A stretch of DNA of 64,000 nt from assembly GCA_964291625.2 (NCBI GenBank), contig OZ220089.1:288001-352000 (forward strand). Direction: 5' to 3'. The notes beneath the pieces were generated by a model, which searched no databases, had not been told where the DNA came from, and saw nothing but the letters and a program-made list of their open reading frames with translations. The first letter of the stretch is position 1, and the number at the start of each line of letters is the position of its first letter. The DNA comes from Candidatus Latescibacterota bacterium. GTDB lineage: Bacteria; Latescibacterota; UBA2968; UBA8231. A program made the position numbers and the translations under genes. Shown one piece after another: positions 9,842-20,320 of the stretch.

Positions 9842-11785
9842 TCAGTAGGCCACGGCGAGAACGCCGTGGTGGTCCTCGGCAAAGGCGTCGGCGTCGATCC
9901 GCAGGCGCCAGATATAGGTGCCCGGCGCCAGGGGGCGGCCGTCGGCGCCGCGGCCGTCCCACAGGTATTCCGAGGGCCCCAGGCCGTGGAGCCCGAGGTC
10001 GGCGTGGGCCACGCGCCGGCCGGAGAGATCGAAGAGCTCGAAGCGCACCGGGGCCCTGTCGGTCAGTTGCAGCAGGTTGAACTGCACCCGCAGTCCGTCG
10101 TTGAGGCCGTCTCCGTTGGGCGTCACCACCCGGGTGGAGAGGGCGATCTGTCCCACGAGGCGGCCGATCTGCTCCTCCGGGATGGCCACGAAGAGACCGG
10201 ACAGCTCGTCGTGGTCGCCGGGCCCGAAGTCGGCGGCATCGCCGCCCTCGAGGGGCTGGGGCACGGAGGGATAGCGGCTGTTGATGGCGCGGCCCGAGAA
10301 CGTGGTCCCGAAGCGGAACACCGGCAGATCGAAGGTGAACTCGAGGACGTCCCCCGCCCCGGAGATGAGGGGCAGGCCGATGCGGAAGGCGTCGTGCCTC
10401 GAGAACAGGACCTCCGCCTCCAGGGCCTCGCCGTTCAACCGCACCTCGCGCACCCGCTCCATGGGGACCGTCGTGTCCACCTCGAGCTGGTCGAAGCCGA
10501 GGACCGCTCCCGCCCGGCCCACGCGGACGGCGTAGCGGAAGCTGGCCGGCTCCTCGACCTGCGCGAGTCGCGGATAGACCTCCGCCCGCAGGGTGTCGGC
10601 GATCGGCGGCCTCAGATAGGGGAAGGAGATGCTGTCCACCTGCCGGGTGTCGAAGAGGCGGCCGGCGAACTCCAGCCGGAACTGCACCCAGCGGCGCGGG
10701 ATCGGGGCGGTGACCGGCGCCCCGAGGGCCGCCGACTTCCAGGGGCTCCAGCTGTCGACGTCCTCGACCACCCCGGCGCGGTCCTGGGACTCGAGGTCCC
10801 GGTACTCCTCCGGGGTGATCTCGGCGAGGATGGTGCTCTCCGGATCCTCCGGGTCGGGCACGCGGCGCCGGAAGACCAGCGGCGTGTCGTCGTTGCCCGT
10901 GCGCACTCGCACCCTCATCTCGGAGAACGCGGGCGGCCCGGCGATCTCCTCCACCCAGCGCAGCGGCCCGATGGAGGCCCGCCCCCCGAGGTCGATCAGG
11001 TCCGAGTAGTAGACCCCTCCGTCCAGGTACCCGGTGCCGTAGACCTCCAGCTCGTCCACCTCGAAGGGCCGCTCGCTCAGGGAGCGCAGCTTCACCTGGC
11101 GCACGTAGCGCGGGTCCACGCGCACGTCGACGACGGGGTCGGTGTTGTTGGTGACCCGCTCCACGAGGATGTCCGGACTGCCGGCGGCGCGATCCGTCTG
11201 CCGCGGGTTGATCCACACCTCGTAGGCGCGCAGGTAGTCGTCGTGGAAGGGCGTCTCCGGCGTGGCCGCGACGGTGTTGCGCGGATAGAAGCGGATGCGC
11301 TCGACCCCCACCTGGCGCCCGAAGTCGAGCCACACCCAGATCCCGAAACTGGTCAGGGTCGGCTCGAGGAGGGTCGGCTTGCGCTCGAAGGCCACGGTGT
11401 GGTCGCCGTTCACCAGCCCCTCCAGCTGCCTGCGCACCAGGGCGGAGGGCCGGCCGATGGAGTTCGGCGCCCGGATGCGGCCGCCCCTCTCGAGGACGAG
11501 GCCGGCGATGTTGGTCTCGCCGTCGTAGTACCGGGGGCTGATCCAGCCCGGGCGATGGTCGAACTCGATGTCGGCGCCGGGGGCGTTCCCCGTGTCGAGG
11601 ACCGCCCGGACGCCGGACTTCACCAGGTGGACGGGGTCTCCCCGGCCGCCCCCTTCGGCCCAGGAACGGCCGCCGTCCCCGAGGGTGTAGCGGCCGAGCT
11701 GGGCCCCGGCGCCGTCGGCGCAGGCCAGGACCGCCAGGGCGAGGGCCGCGGCGCCGGCCCGCCGGGTGCGGAGGCCGCGGCTCAC
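9842..11785 (-). CDS. Secreted protein with discoidin-like domain and C-terminal FlgD-Ig/CHU_C-like domain (family Y, copy 3)
   Basis: GTG start overlaps the upstream stop (GTGA). Signal ..RRAGAAALALAVLACADGAGA. Motifs WLDFGRQVGVERIRFYPR and ELEVYG. C-terminus VTPNGDGLND...DLSGRRV...WDGRGADG...PGTYIW...VLAVAY. Confidence 0.82.
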   Translation of the reverse strand: MSRGLRTRRAGAAALALAVLACADGAGAQLGRYTLGDGGRSWAEGGGRGDPVHLVKSGVRAVLDTGNAPGADIEFDHRPGWISPRYYDGETNIAGLVLERGGRIRAPNSIGRPSALVRRQLEGLVNGDHTVAFERKPTLLEPTLTSFGIWVWLDFGRQVGVERIRFYPRNTVAATPETPFHDDYLRAYEVWINPRQTDRAAGSPDILVERVTNNTDPVVDVRVDPRYVRQVKLRSLSERPFEVDELEVYGTGYLDGGVYYSDLIDLGGRASIGPLRWVEEIAGPPAFSEMRVRVRTGNDDTPLVFRRRVPDPEDPESTILAEITPEEYRDLESQDRAGVVEDVDSWSPWKSAALGAPVTAPIPRRWVQFRLEFAGRLFDTRQVDSISFPYLRPPIADTLRAEVYPRLAQVEEPASFRYAVRVGRAGAVLGFDQLEVDTTVPMERVREVRLNGEALEAEVLFSRHDAFRIGLPLISGAGDVLEFTFDLPVFRFGTTFSGRAINSRYPSVPQPLEGGDAADFGPGDHDELSGLFVAIPEEQIGRLVGQIALSTRVVTPNGDGLNDGLRVQFNLLQLTDRAPVRFELFDLSGRRVAHADLGLHGLGPSEYLWDGRGADGRPLAPGTYIWRLRIDADAFAEDHHGVLAVAY

Positions 11786-14499
11786 TGCAGCCCCGCGTTC
11801 ATGCTCACGAAGAGCAGCGACGAGCGTTCGGCCGGTCCCGACTCCGGGGCGCGGTCTCCTACCTGGATGCCGCCGCGCGTGACCAGCTGGTAGCCCTGGT
11901 AGCCGACCCGGTTGATCACCTGCACGATCAGGGTTCGGGCCGTGAAGCCGCTGTCGAGCTCCCGGCGCTCCCCCTCCAGCAGCCAGCCCCGGGTCCACTC
12001 CAGGCCGAGCTGCAGCTCGGTGTCGAAGAGTTGCTTACCGTAGCGGGCGTAGTAGTTGACGCTGGTCAGCTCGGAGAGCAGCGGCTGCCGCCACATGAGG
12101 AAGAGGGACTCCTCCAGGCTGCGGGCCGGGGGCCGCCGGGCGTCGTAGGGGCGGTCGGCGCGGTACTCGCTCTTCCAGCGCGGCTCCAGCAGTCCCCGGC
12201 CCACCGGGATCGACCACTCGGCCCGGTTGATCAGGCCCAGGAACCCCGACCTCACCCGCCTCTCCTCCAGGCGCACCTCGTCCTCGTCCCGGCGCTGCCG
12301 GAAGGTCTCCCACTTGAACCGGTGGAAGAGGCGCACGCCCCGTCCCGGCCGCTGATCGAGGTCGGCGTAGAAGGTGTTGCGCCAGGTGTCCCGGGAGGGC
12401 AGCAGGTCCCGGTCGTCCTCCATGCGCCCCGTCGAGCCGCTCGGCTGCACCCAGGTCTGCAGATGATCGGGGATGTCGTCGCGCACCGAGGCGCCGAAGT
12501 CGAAGAGGCGGAGGCGGGAGCGCCCCAGGCGCCCGGTCCAGGCGAGCATGGCGTACCACGACTCCGTCCTGCCGTCGCCGGAGATCAGGCGCATGCGCTG
12601 GCGGCCGGCCACGAGGCGGGCGTCGGGGGTGACGAAGAGCTTGCCGTGGAGGTTGAAGCCGCGGTGGTCGCGCCGGTAGGGGTAGTCGGCATGCAGGTCG
12701 TTCTCGAAGGGGTCGGCGGTGCCGTTGTGGTTCATGTCGACGCCGAAGAGGAACTCGGGCCGGTCCGACCGGAAGCGCAGGAAGGGCTCCTCGTAGTCGG
12801 GAACCAGGTTGCGGTTGTAGTTGAGGGAGACCGCCACCGGCTCTCCCGGCCGCGCGAAGGCCCCTGCCGGGCGGCGGGTGTTGTTCTGGTTGTAGTCGTA
12901 GATGTAGTCGCGGTTGAAGTCGACGCCGGGGAAGGCGATCCCGCCCGAACCGGTCTGCCACGGCCGCGACCACTCGGGGACGGCGTCGTGGTCGTCGTCG
13001 TCGTCGACCAGCTCGTAGAGCATGGGCACGGGGGCCTTGTACTGGATCAGGCCGTTGCCGAGGGTCAGCCAGTGGTTGGTGCTGTAGGCGTCGTCCATGG
13101 AGAACGTCTCCAGGAACAGGCCCCACGGATAGAGGTTCCAGGCGGCGATGCCGTAGGCGGCCCAGGCGGTGCGCACCATCTCGTGGTGCCGGCTCAGCCG
13201 CGGATTGGGATACCTCCGGTGCTGGCGGTTGAGGACCGTCTCCCCCTGCACCGACAGACCGTGCCAGTCCACCAGGTCCCAGTCGAAGCCGACCAGCTCG
13301 TTGGCCGTGGGCAGGCCGTAGTCGAGGAGCAGGACGCGGCCGTTGCTCTCGTCCCGGACGTTGCCCGCCGCCCGCGCGTAGGGGAGGAAGACCGTCTCCG
13401 GGTTGCGCAGGCCGTCCGTCTGGAGATTCGAGGCGAGCTCGATCCGGTAGTCGTTGGCCACGGCCAGCTCCACGGCGGCCGCCGTCAGCGCCCTCGGGTC
13501 GAGGCCGAGCTCGTGCAGGCCCCCCAGGTCGTACTCCAGGAGCAGGCGCTCCGACCCGTCCACCACCAGGGCGCCTTCGCGCAGGCGCCCTCCCTCGATC
13601 AACGGAAGGAGGCCGAGGTCCCGGCCGCTGATGCGCACCCCGTTGGTGTCGGTGAAGACGATGTCGTGGCGGAAGACCCGGGCGCCGCCGACCCCGTCCG
13701 CCGGCGAGTCGTCCCGGACCTGCACCCAGAGCTTGTCCGGGGTACGGTTCTGATTGCTGGTGAGCACGCCGGCCAGCGGGTTGCCGGCCCGGAACTCCGG
13801 CTCGGTGTTGGAGTTGTGCAGGTTCACGTAGGTCAGCCCGAAGCTGCCGGCCGCGAAGGGGACGTAGCCCAGCCGGCCGCCCATCAGGTGGGTCACGTTC
13901 CGGCGGGGGCCGGTGGGCTGGCTCGGCCGGGAGAGGAGCAGGGTGCTCTCGAGCCGGTCCCTGGCATAGTCGAGGCGCACCCCCTCGAAGCGGGGCTTGC
14001 GCAAGGTCAGGGGCGTGAGCTGCGCGTCGAGGACACTGCCCATCATGAGGCGGTAGGTCTCCCCGCCCCGCCGGTCCGAGGCGATGGCGAGCCCCTGGAA
14101 GGCTCCCGGGAACTGAGGCCACAGGATGTCCGAGCCCTCCCGCGACGGCTGCACCTGCTCCCAGGAGTAGACCAGCCAGCCGCGGCCCAGGTGCTCGCCG
14201 AAGGAGTCGTACCACTCCTCCCCCGCCAGGAACGGGTCCAGGTAGCGCAGGTAGCGGTCGCGGGCGTAGTTGGCGCCGGTTTCGTACCAGTGGGCGGCGT
14301 AGGTCCCGGCCAGGCTTCGGGAGGCGTACCACTTGTGCAGGGCCGGAGTCGTGTAGTCCACCTCGAAGCGCGGGGACAGGTCGGCCAAGGCCCGCGTGGG
14401 GTGACTCTGTCCCTCCACCAGGGGCGGGAAGCCCCCGGCCAGGAGCAGGGCCGCCCACAGGGCCGCACGGGGCCCCCGACCGGTCGCCGGAGCGGGCAT
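11782..14499 (-). CDS. Large secreted protein of unrecognised family (family X, copy 1, 905 aa)
   Basis: Signal ..RAALWAALLLAGG. Shares PALxKWY, NYAR..Y.RY, GWLVY.W.Q, VANDYRI..AS, GNVRD.SN.RVL..DYG.PT.N and EEPFLR...DRP..L.GVD.NHNGT.D.FEND with 7206..9824. Ends SLLFVSMNAGLQ. Confidence 0.82.
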   Translation of the reverse strand: MPAPATGRGPRAALWAALLLAGGFPPLVEGQSHPTRALADLSPRFEVDYTTPALHKWYASRSLAGTYAAHWYETGANYARDRYLRYLDPFLAGEEWYDSFGEHLGRGWLVYSWEQVQPSREGSDILWPQFPGAFQGLAIASDRRGGETYRLMMGSVLDAQLTPLTLRKPRFEGVRLDYARDRLESTLLLSRPSQPTGPRRNVTHLMGGRLGYVPFAAGSFGLTYVNLHNSNTEPEFRAGNPLAGVLTSNQNRTPDKLWVQVRDDSPADGVGGARVFRHDIVFTDTNGVRISGRDLGLLPLIEGGRLREGALVVDGSERLLLEYDLGGLHELGLDPRALTAAAVELAVANDYRIELASNLQTDGLRNPETVFLPYARAAGNVRDESNGRVLLLDYGLPTANELVGFDWDLVDWHGLSVQGETVLNRQHRRYPNPRLSRHHEMVRTAWAAYGIAAWNLYPWGLFLETFSMDDAYSTNHWLTLGNGLIQYKAPVPMLYELVDDDDDHDAVPEWSRPWQTGSGGIAFPGVDFNRDYIYDYNQNNTRRPAGAFARPGEPVAVSLNYNRNLVPDYEEPFLRFRSDRPEFLFGVDMNHNGTADPFENDLHADYPYRRDHRGFNLHGKLFVTPDARLVAGRQRMRLISGDGRTESWYAMLAWTGRLGRSRLRLFDFGASVRDDIPDHLQTWVQPSGSTGRMEDDRDLLPSRDTWRNTFYADLDQRPGRGVRLFHRFKWETFRQRRDEDEVRLEERRVRSGFLGLINRAEWSIPVGRGLLEPRWKSEYRADRPYDARRPPARSLEESLFLMWRQPLLSELTSVNYYARYGKQLFDTELQLGLEWTRGWLLEGERRELDSGFTARTLIVQVINRVGYQGYQLVTRGGIQVGDRAPESGPAERSSLLFVSMNAGLQ

Positions 14500-17001
14500 C
14501 AGTAGGCCACGTGCACGAGGCGGACCCGGCTGGTGCGCCGGCCTCCGGTGTCCACGCCCACCCCGACGCGGGCGGCATAGATGCCCGGCGCCACGAGGGC
14601 GCCCGAGTCGTCGCGGCCGTCCCAGGGGAAGTCATGGCGGCCGCTGGCCTGGGGCGGCACCCGGGTCAGGTCGCGCACGAGCCGGCCGGAGAGGTCGTGG
14701 ATGCCCACCGTGATCCGCGGCGGCCCCCGCACCTGGAAGACCTGGAAGGAGAGGACGGCCTCGTCGTTGACGCCGTCGCCGTTGGGGGTCAGCACCGGCG
14801 GCGTCACCTCCAGCGGCGCCAGCAGGCGCCCGGCCTCCAGGTCGGAGACGACCACCAGGGACTGGCTCTCCACCAGGTCGGTGGCGTCTCCCTCGCTGGC
14901 GATCTGCAGGATCCCGGGCTTCCGAGGAGCGGGACAGCTCGACCCGGAAGGTGGTGCCGCTGAGGAAGACCTGGGTGCGGATGCGGGCCGCATAGACCGA
15001 GCGGCCCGAGGTGACCGGCCCGGGAAAGCGGACGTCCACGCCTCCCTCCACCGGAGCGGCGGAGGCGGTGGCCAGCAGGTCGACGGCGTTCCCCGTGCGC
15101 AGGCGGGCCTCGGAGCCGGCGTGCAGCGACACCAGTGTCATGGGCGCGCTCGAGGAGGAGCGGATCCCCATGCGGTCGAAGCCCGGGTCGCCCGCCCGGA
15201 AGCGGGGCCGCATGTAGATGGTGAACTCCTGATCGACCCCCGCGGGCACCTCGCTGGTGGGCCAGATCTCGGCCCACACCTGGTCCACCAGGGGCTCGGC
15301 GAGACCGATCCGCAGGCCGCGTATGGCGGCGCGCCTCAGGGGGTTGATGGTCAACAGGCGCACCTGGGCCAACGCGTAGCGCCGCGGACTCGGCGAGCGG
15401 AAGGGCTCCGGCGACTCGCGGTAGACCTCGCTCCAGCTGCTCCACTTCTGCCCGGGCACGTAGAGCGTGTCCACGGGACCCCGGTTCGACTCGCGGGCCC
15501 TCTCCCAGCGCTCCTGCTCGATGGGGAAACCGGCGGCGTCGAGGTATCTCAGCTCCTGGCGCAGGTCGTCTCCCGAGCGCGTGCGGACCTCGATGCGGGT
15601 CTCCCGCGGCGCCTCCCCCTCCCACGACAGGGAGCTGAACATGCGCGACCCCGGCAGGGCGATCAGGGGGGAGGTGAGGACCACCTCCGAGACGAAGCCC
15701 TCGCCGAAGGCCAGCATCTCGGCGAGCTGGCCGCTCTCCTGCTCGGTGCCGAGCAGCGCCAGGGCCCGCAGCTGCACGTGGCGCACCTCCTGCAGCGGGA
15801 AGCTCTCCTCCAGCTGGTGGAAGCGGTCGCGGTTCAGGCGCTCGTCCAGCTCGTTCCAGACGCGCTCCCCGTTGGGGTCGATGGAGCCGTCGGAGAGCAG
15901 CACCTGGTAGGCCCGAAGCGGCTGCTCGGGGGTGACCAGGCGCACCCGGTCGAGCCAGTACTTGGCGCCCAGGTCGACCTCCAGCTGGTTGCGCCGGCGC
16001 ACCTGGTCATACGGCTTGATGGGGAACCACGTGTAGAAGAACCCGTCCGTCGAGATGGTGCGCACCAGGTCGCCGATGGCCCGGGTCTGGAGGTTGATGA
16101 GCCGCTGCGTGTTGAGGACCACGTTCTCTCCGGGGGTGATCACCTCCAGCTCCGCCACCCGGGGGCGCTCGCGGCGGAAGTGGCGCACCGGCCCCCGTTC
16201 GGCCTCGGGCAGGTCGCTCCAGGTCGCCTCGGAGACCGGGATCTCCCGGCCCGCCACCGTGGTGCGGTGGTAGGCCACCGCGCCCCGGTCCTCCGGCGGC
16301 AGGGCCGCGTGCTCCTCCGGCGAGACCTCGCGGCCTCGGTCCCCGTCCGAGCCGAGGGCCTCCAGACGGACGAACTGCACCACCTGGCCCGTCACCCCCG
16401 GAGGCAGGGGGCGCTGCGGCTTGATGTCGAAGACGAAGTGCCGCCCGTCCTTGTTGGGCAGGACCACCTGGCCGGCGCGGAAGTACTCCAGGTCGTCGTT
16501 GAGGCGGCCGAGCCCGTTGGAGAGGCGTACGCGGAACTTCAGGAACGGATCGCCCTCGCCCTCGGGCGCGAACCGCACCACCACCTGCTCGGCGATCACG
16601 GCGCGGCCGAGGTCGATCTCGACGAACCAGTCCTCCACATCGTCGGCCGGGTCGGGCTCCCACCAGGTGAGGGGGTCCCCGTCGTGCACCAGGGATCCCG
16701 TCTCCGCGCCGCTGCCGATGGCGTGGACGCCGCCCGTGACCGTGTCGGAGTCGGCGAATATGGCCATGTACTCGTGGGCATCGAGGGCGGCGTTGCCCCG
16801 CCGCTGCAGCCCCCGGGGGGTCACGGTGCCGTCAGGCCCCAGCTCCAGGGCGCCCTCGGGCAGCTGCCACGCCGACCAGTGAGCGGCGCGGTCGACGACG
16901 ACCTCCGTCGGCCTCAGCCGGTACCCCTCCTGGGGGGCTGCGGCGGTGCCCAGGAGCACGAGAGCGGCCGCGAGCCAGCTGGGCGGGCGGGGACGGACCA
17001 T
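14499..17001 (-). pseudogene. Family Y copy 2 (two discoidin-like units plus FlgD/CHU_C-like C-terminal domain), frameshifted near 14920; true pseudogene or sequencing error
   Basis: The 789-aa ORF (signal MVRPRPPSWLAAALVLLGTAAA) reads normally to RVELSRSS and then degenerates. The adjacent frame continues PGILQIASEGDA...LTPNGDGVND...WDGRDDSG...LVHVAY to the stop at 14499. Confidence 0.78.
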
Positions 17002-18813
17002 TCAGTAGGCCAGTTCCACCACGCCCCGGCGCCGGCCGGTGCCGCCGTCGGCATGCACGCGCAGCTCGTAGAGGTAGAGGCCGGGAGGGACCCGGCGGCC
17101 GCTGCTGTCGAGACCGTCCCAGGCGGCGGTGAGGGTGCCGGCGCCGTGCTCCGCCTCCCAGGCCCGGACCAGGGGGCGGCCGTCGACAGCGAAGATGTCG
17201 AGGGTCAGCCTCGCCGGTTCCATGAGCTTGAGGAGGGTGAAGGTCAGCTCGAGCCGGTCGTTGACGCCGTCGGCGTTCGGGGTCGTCACGGGGCTGGCGG
17301 CCCTCAGGTTGGAGATCAGGGACAGGCGCCCCGCTGCCGCCCCGTGGCGGACGACCAGACCGCCTCCGGGCTCGCCGTCGATGTCGGCGGGGCGCGCGAC
17401 CTGGTAGGCCACCCTCGATCCCCCCTCCTCGGTGCGCCGGTCGATGGCCTGCACCTCGAACCTCGTGCGCTCGTGGAAGACCGTGGCCGTGAACTCCACC
17501 TGCAGGAAGCTGCCGTCCTGCACCACCCGGCGGGGCAGGTTGACGGTGAAGCCGGTGCCCGGCTCGACGTCGATGAAGGGCAGGACCTCCAGGTCGTCGA
17601 CGCGGATGCTTTGGACCTCGCCGATCTCGGCCGCCGTCCTTACCTGCAACTGCCGGAAACCGGTGTCCCGGTGAGACTCGGAGCCGGTGCGGTCCAGGTG
17701 GACCTGAAGGGAGAGGGTGAAGGGGCTCTCCACCCCGGCCCGCGCCTCCAGGGGCGAGATCTCGGCCGCCAGGTCCCGGGCGACCGGTGGATGGATGTAC
17801 TCGAACCGCAGCTCCCGCAGGCCGGCGCCGGGTTCCGTCAGGGTGATCTGGAACTGCAGGTAGCGTTTCAGGGGTGGCGAGCGCACGAGTCCGTCGGTGA
17901 CCGGCTCCCATGGGCTCCAGGCCGGATTGGGCTCGACCGGCCCCCTGTCCTCCGGCGGGGCGTTCTCCCAGCCCGCCTTGCTGTACTGGATCACGTCGCC
18001 GCCCTGGATCAGGTAGTAGAGGAGGGGGCTCCGGTCCGGCCCGGTGCGGGTGCGCACCACCACGGGCGCGGTGGAGATGTCGCCGCCCTCGTAGAGCACG
18101 CGTCCCCACACGGGCTCCGGCCGGCCGGCCCGCAGCGGCTGGGACTCGTACTCCCCCACGGGGACCGTGCCGTCCGAGTAGACCTCCAGCTCGGCGATCT
18201 CCCAGGCGCGGTCGACCTGCGGCTCCAGGGCCAGCAGGCGCGCCTCCACGCTGGGGAAGCGCTTGTCCACCACGGGGGAGGTGTTCTCGTTGGGGGCCTT
18301 GAAGAACATCAGCCGGCGGGAGTCGGCCAGGGGGTCGAGACTCTGCGCCGCGGACAGGGTGAACTCCTGCAGGAACCGGTTGCGGTTGCGGAAGTCGAGG
18401 CGGGGGAAGAACCGGACGCGGTTCATACGGAAGGTGGCCCCCAGGTCGACCCACAACGTGGAGGACCGCTCCACGCCCTCCTGCAGGTCGGGATCGAAGA
18501 AGGTGGTCGGATCGCCGTCGAAGAGCGCTTCGCCGCCGGGCAGCGGCGTGAACCCCCTCTCCGGGTCCGAGTACAGCACCCGTCCGCCGCGCTCGCCGAG
18601 GGTGGCGGTCAGGTTCGCGTTGGCCTCCACGTCCCACATCCAGATGCCGTCCCCGGTGACGGCGACGTACCGCGAGGAGGACTCCGCCCCCCGCCAGGAG
18701 AGCTCGGGGCCGACGGAGACGTAGCGGACCTCGCCGGCCGACGGTCGGCCCAGCGACAGGAGGGCGGCCGCTACCGCCAGCGGCCGCATCATCGCCAGGT
18801 GAGTTGCGGCCAT
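17002..18813 (-). CDS. Family Y copy 1: secreted discoidin-like plus FlgD/CHU_C-like C-terminal domain protein
   Basis: Signal MAATHLAMMRPLAVAAALLSLG. Motifs LFDGDPTTFF, WVDLGATFRMNRVRFFPR, ELEVY, WSPW. C-terminus TPNADGVND...WDGLDSSGRRVPPGLY...VVELAY. Confidence 0.85.
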   Translation of the reverse strand: MAATHLAMMRPLAVAAALLSLGRPSAGEVRYVSVGPELSWRGAESSSRYVAVTGDGIWMWDVEANANLTATLGERGGRVLYSDPERGFTPLPGGEALFDGDPTTFFDPDLQEGVERSSTLWVDLGATFRMNRVRFFPRLDFRNRNRFLQEFTLSAAQSLDPLADSRRLMFFKAPNENTSPVVDKRFPSVEARLLALEPQVDRAWEIAELEVYSDGTVPVGEYESQPLRAGRPEPVWGRVLYEGGDISTAPVVVRTRTGPDRSPLLYYLIQGGDVIQYSKAGWENAPPEDRGPVEPNPAWSPWEPVTDGLVRSPPLKRYLQFQITLTEPGAGLRELRFEYIHPPVARDLAAEISPLEARAGVESPFTLSLQVHLDRTGSESHRDTGFRQLQVRTAAEIGEVQSIRVDDLEVLPFIDVEPGTGFTVNLPRRVVQDGSFLQVEFTATVFHERTRFEVQAIDRRTEEGGSRVAYQVARPADIDGEPGGGLVVRHGAAAGRLSLISNLRAASPVTTPNADGVNDRLELTFTLLKLMEPARLTLDIFAVDGRPLVRAWEAEHGAGTLTAAWDGLDSSGRRVPPGLYLYELRVHADGGTGRRRGVVELAY

Positions 18814-18814
18814 C

Positions 18815-20319
18815 TCAGAACGGCGCCCAGTTCGGGTGCAGGTCGTCGTACGGATCATCGGTCACCCGCTCCTCGGCGCCGCCCTCGACGGGGACGATGT
18901 AGATGTCGTAGCGCGTCTCCACGTCGACCAGCCGGGCGAAGGCGATGCGGGTGCCGTCGGGAGACCAGGTGGGAGTCTCCTCCCAGGCCTCGCCGAAGGT
19001 CAGCTGCCGGGCGCCGCTGCCGTCGGCGGCCATGACCCAGATGTGGCTGATGTCGAAATCGTCCGGATCCAGCGCGACATAGGCGATCCAGGCCCCGTCG
19101 GGCGACCACGAAGGTTGTCCGGCGTACTGGCCCTCCGGCGAGAGCCGCTCCGTGCCGCCGCCGGCCGGGTCCATGATGGTGATACCGTCCTCGCCGTCGT
19201 AGGCGATCGAGGCGCCGTCGGGCGACCACGCGGGCGACCGGCCCCACGGGGCCAGGGGCTCGTGGGTGAGCCTCTCCACGCCGCTGCCGTCGGCGTTCAT
19301 GACGAAGACCTGCGGCCCCCTCCCTCCCCCGCCGCTGCGCTCGAAGGCGATGCGCTGGCCGTCGGGCGACCAGGCGGGAGCCGAGTCGTAGGCGTCGCCG
19401 CGCGTCAGGTTCACCGGGTTCCCGCCGTCGGCGTCCATGACGTAGATCTCGAGGTCCCCGTCGCGGATCGAGCTGAAGGCCACCTTCGTCCCGTCCGGCG
19501 ACCGGGCCGGCTGCTCGCCCCGGCGGGTGAAGTAGAGGGTTTCCAGGGAGTCGGGGAAGGTGCCGTCCGACTTCGGCAGACCGATCAGGCCCGAGGACAG
19601 GTTCACCACCTCGCCGCTCTCCAGGTCCAGGGAGTGCACCTCCAGGTCGCGCAGGTATTCGCTCTCGAGGCGCCGGTTCGAGGTGAACAGGAGCTGAGTA
19701 GCGTAGGCCGACCCGTCCGGCAGGACCACCTGCGCCGTGTCCTCCGGCTCCGGTGCCGTGAACTCCACGGTCACCCCCCCTCGCGGAGGGCGGCGGCCTG
19801 GGCCCGGGCCGCCTCGCTCAGCGGGTTGCCGGTGAGATCGACGCTCTGCAGGCTGTCCAGACCCGCCAGGGCCGACACCTCCGCCACCTCGTTGTCGGCC
19901 AGCAAGAGCACCTGCAGGCCCTTCAGCGACTCCAGGGGCGTGACCTCCTCGACCCGGTTGCTCCCCAGGTCGAGGTAGCGCAGCCGCGTCAGCCCCGACA
20001 GCGGCGACAGGTCGCGGATCTCGTTGCCGTACAGGTCCAGGGCCTCCAGCCGGCTCAGCTGCTCGATGCCGTCCAGGTTCGCGATCCCCCGCTCCTTGGC
20101 CGTCAGCGAGACCAGCCCGGCCGCGTCGCCTGTCTCCCCCGCGGCTTCGGTCACCGCCGACTGCAGGGCCGAGTCCGCGAAGACCAGGGCGACGCCCGTG
20201 CCGCCCCCGGGGCCGGGGCCGACGGGCGGGTCGGGCTCGGAGCCGCAGCCGGCCAGCATCAGGACGGCCACCAGGGCCGCGAGCTTCCAGGTCATCACCA
20301 TCGCAGGCGCTCCGGACAT
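18815..20319 (-). pseudogene. LRR + TolB-like PD40 propeller lipoprotein, copy D, frameshifted at a G7 run (19774-19780)
   Basis: The ORFs 19771..20319 (LAGC lipobox + LRRs) and 18815..19774 (WSPDG repeats) are the two halves of the intact paralog C. CGC GAG GGG GGG TGA here corresponds to RERGVTVE in the paralogs; one extra base restores the frame. Confidence 0.8.
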
Positions 20320-20320
20320 C

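Noticed and set aside
7206-11333. 1375-aa ORF as a single protein
   Set aside because: The first ~500 aa are Arg/Gly/Pro-rich off-frame readthrough over the Y3 gene. The real start is the signal peptide at 9824.
14581-19035. Very long plus-strand ORFs (also 7467..9848, 12031..14505, 48339..52559, 52321..56967)
   Set aside because: Antisense shadows of real genes, expected in high-GC DNA with few stop codons. They show no recognisable motifs.
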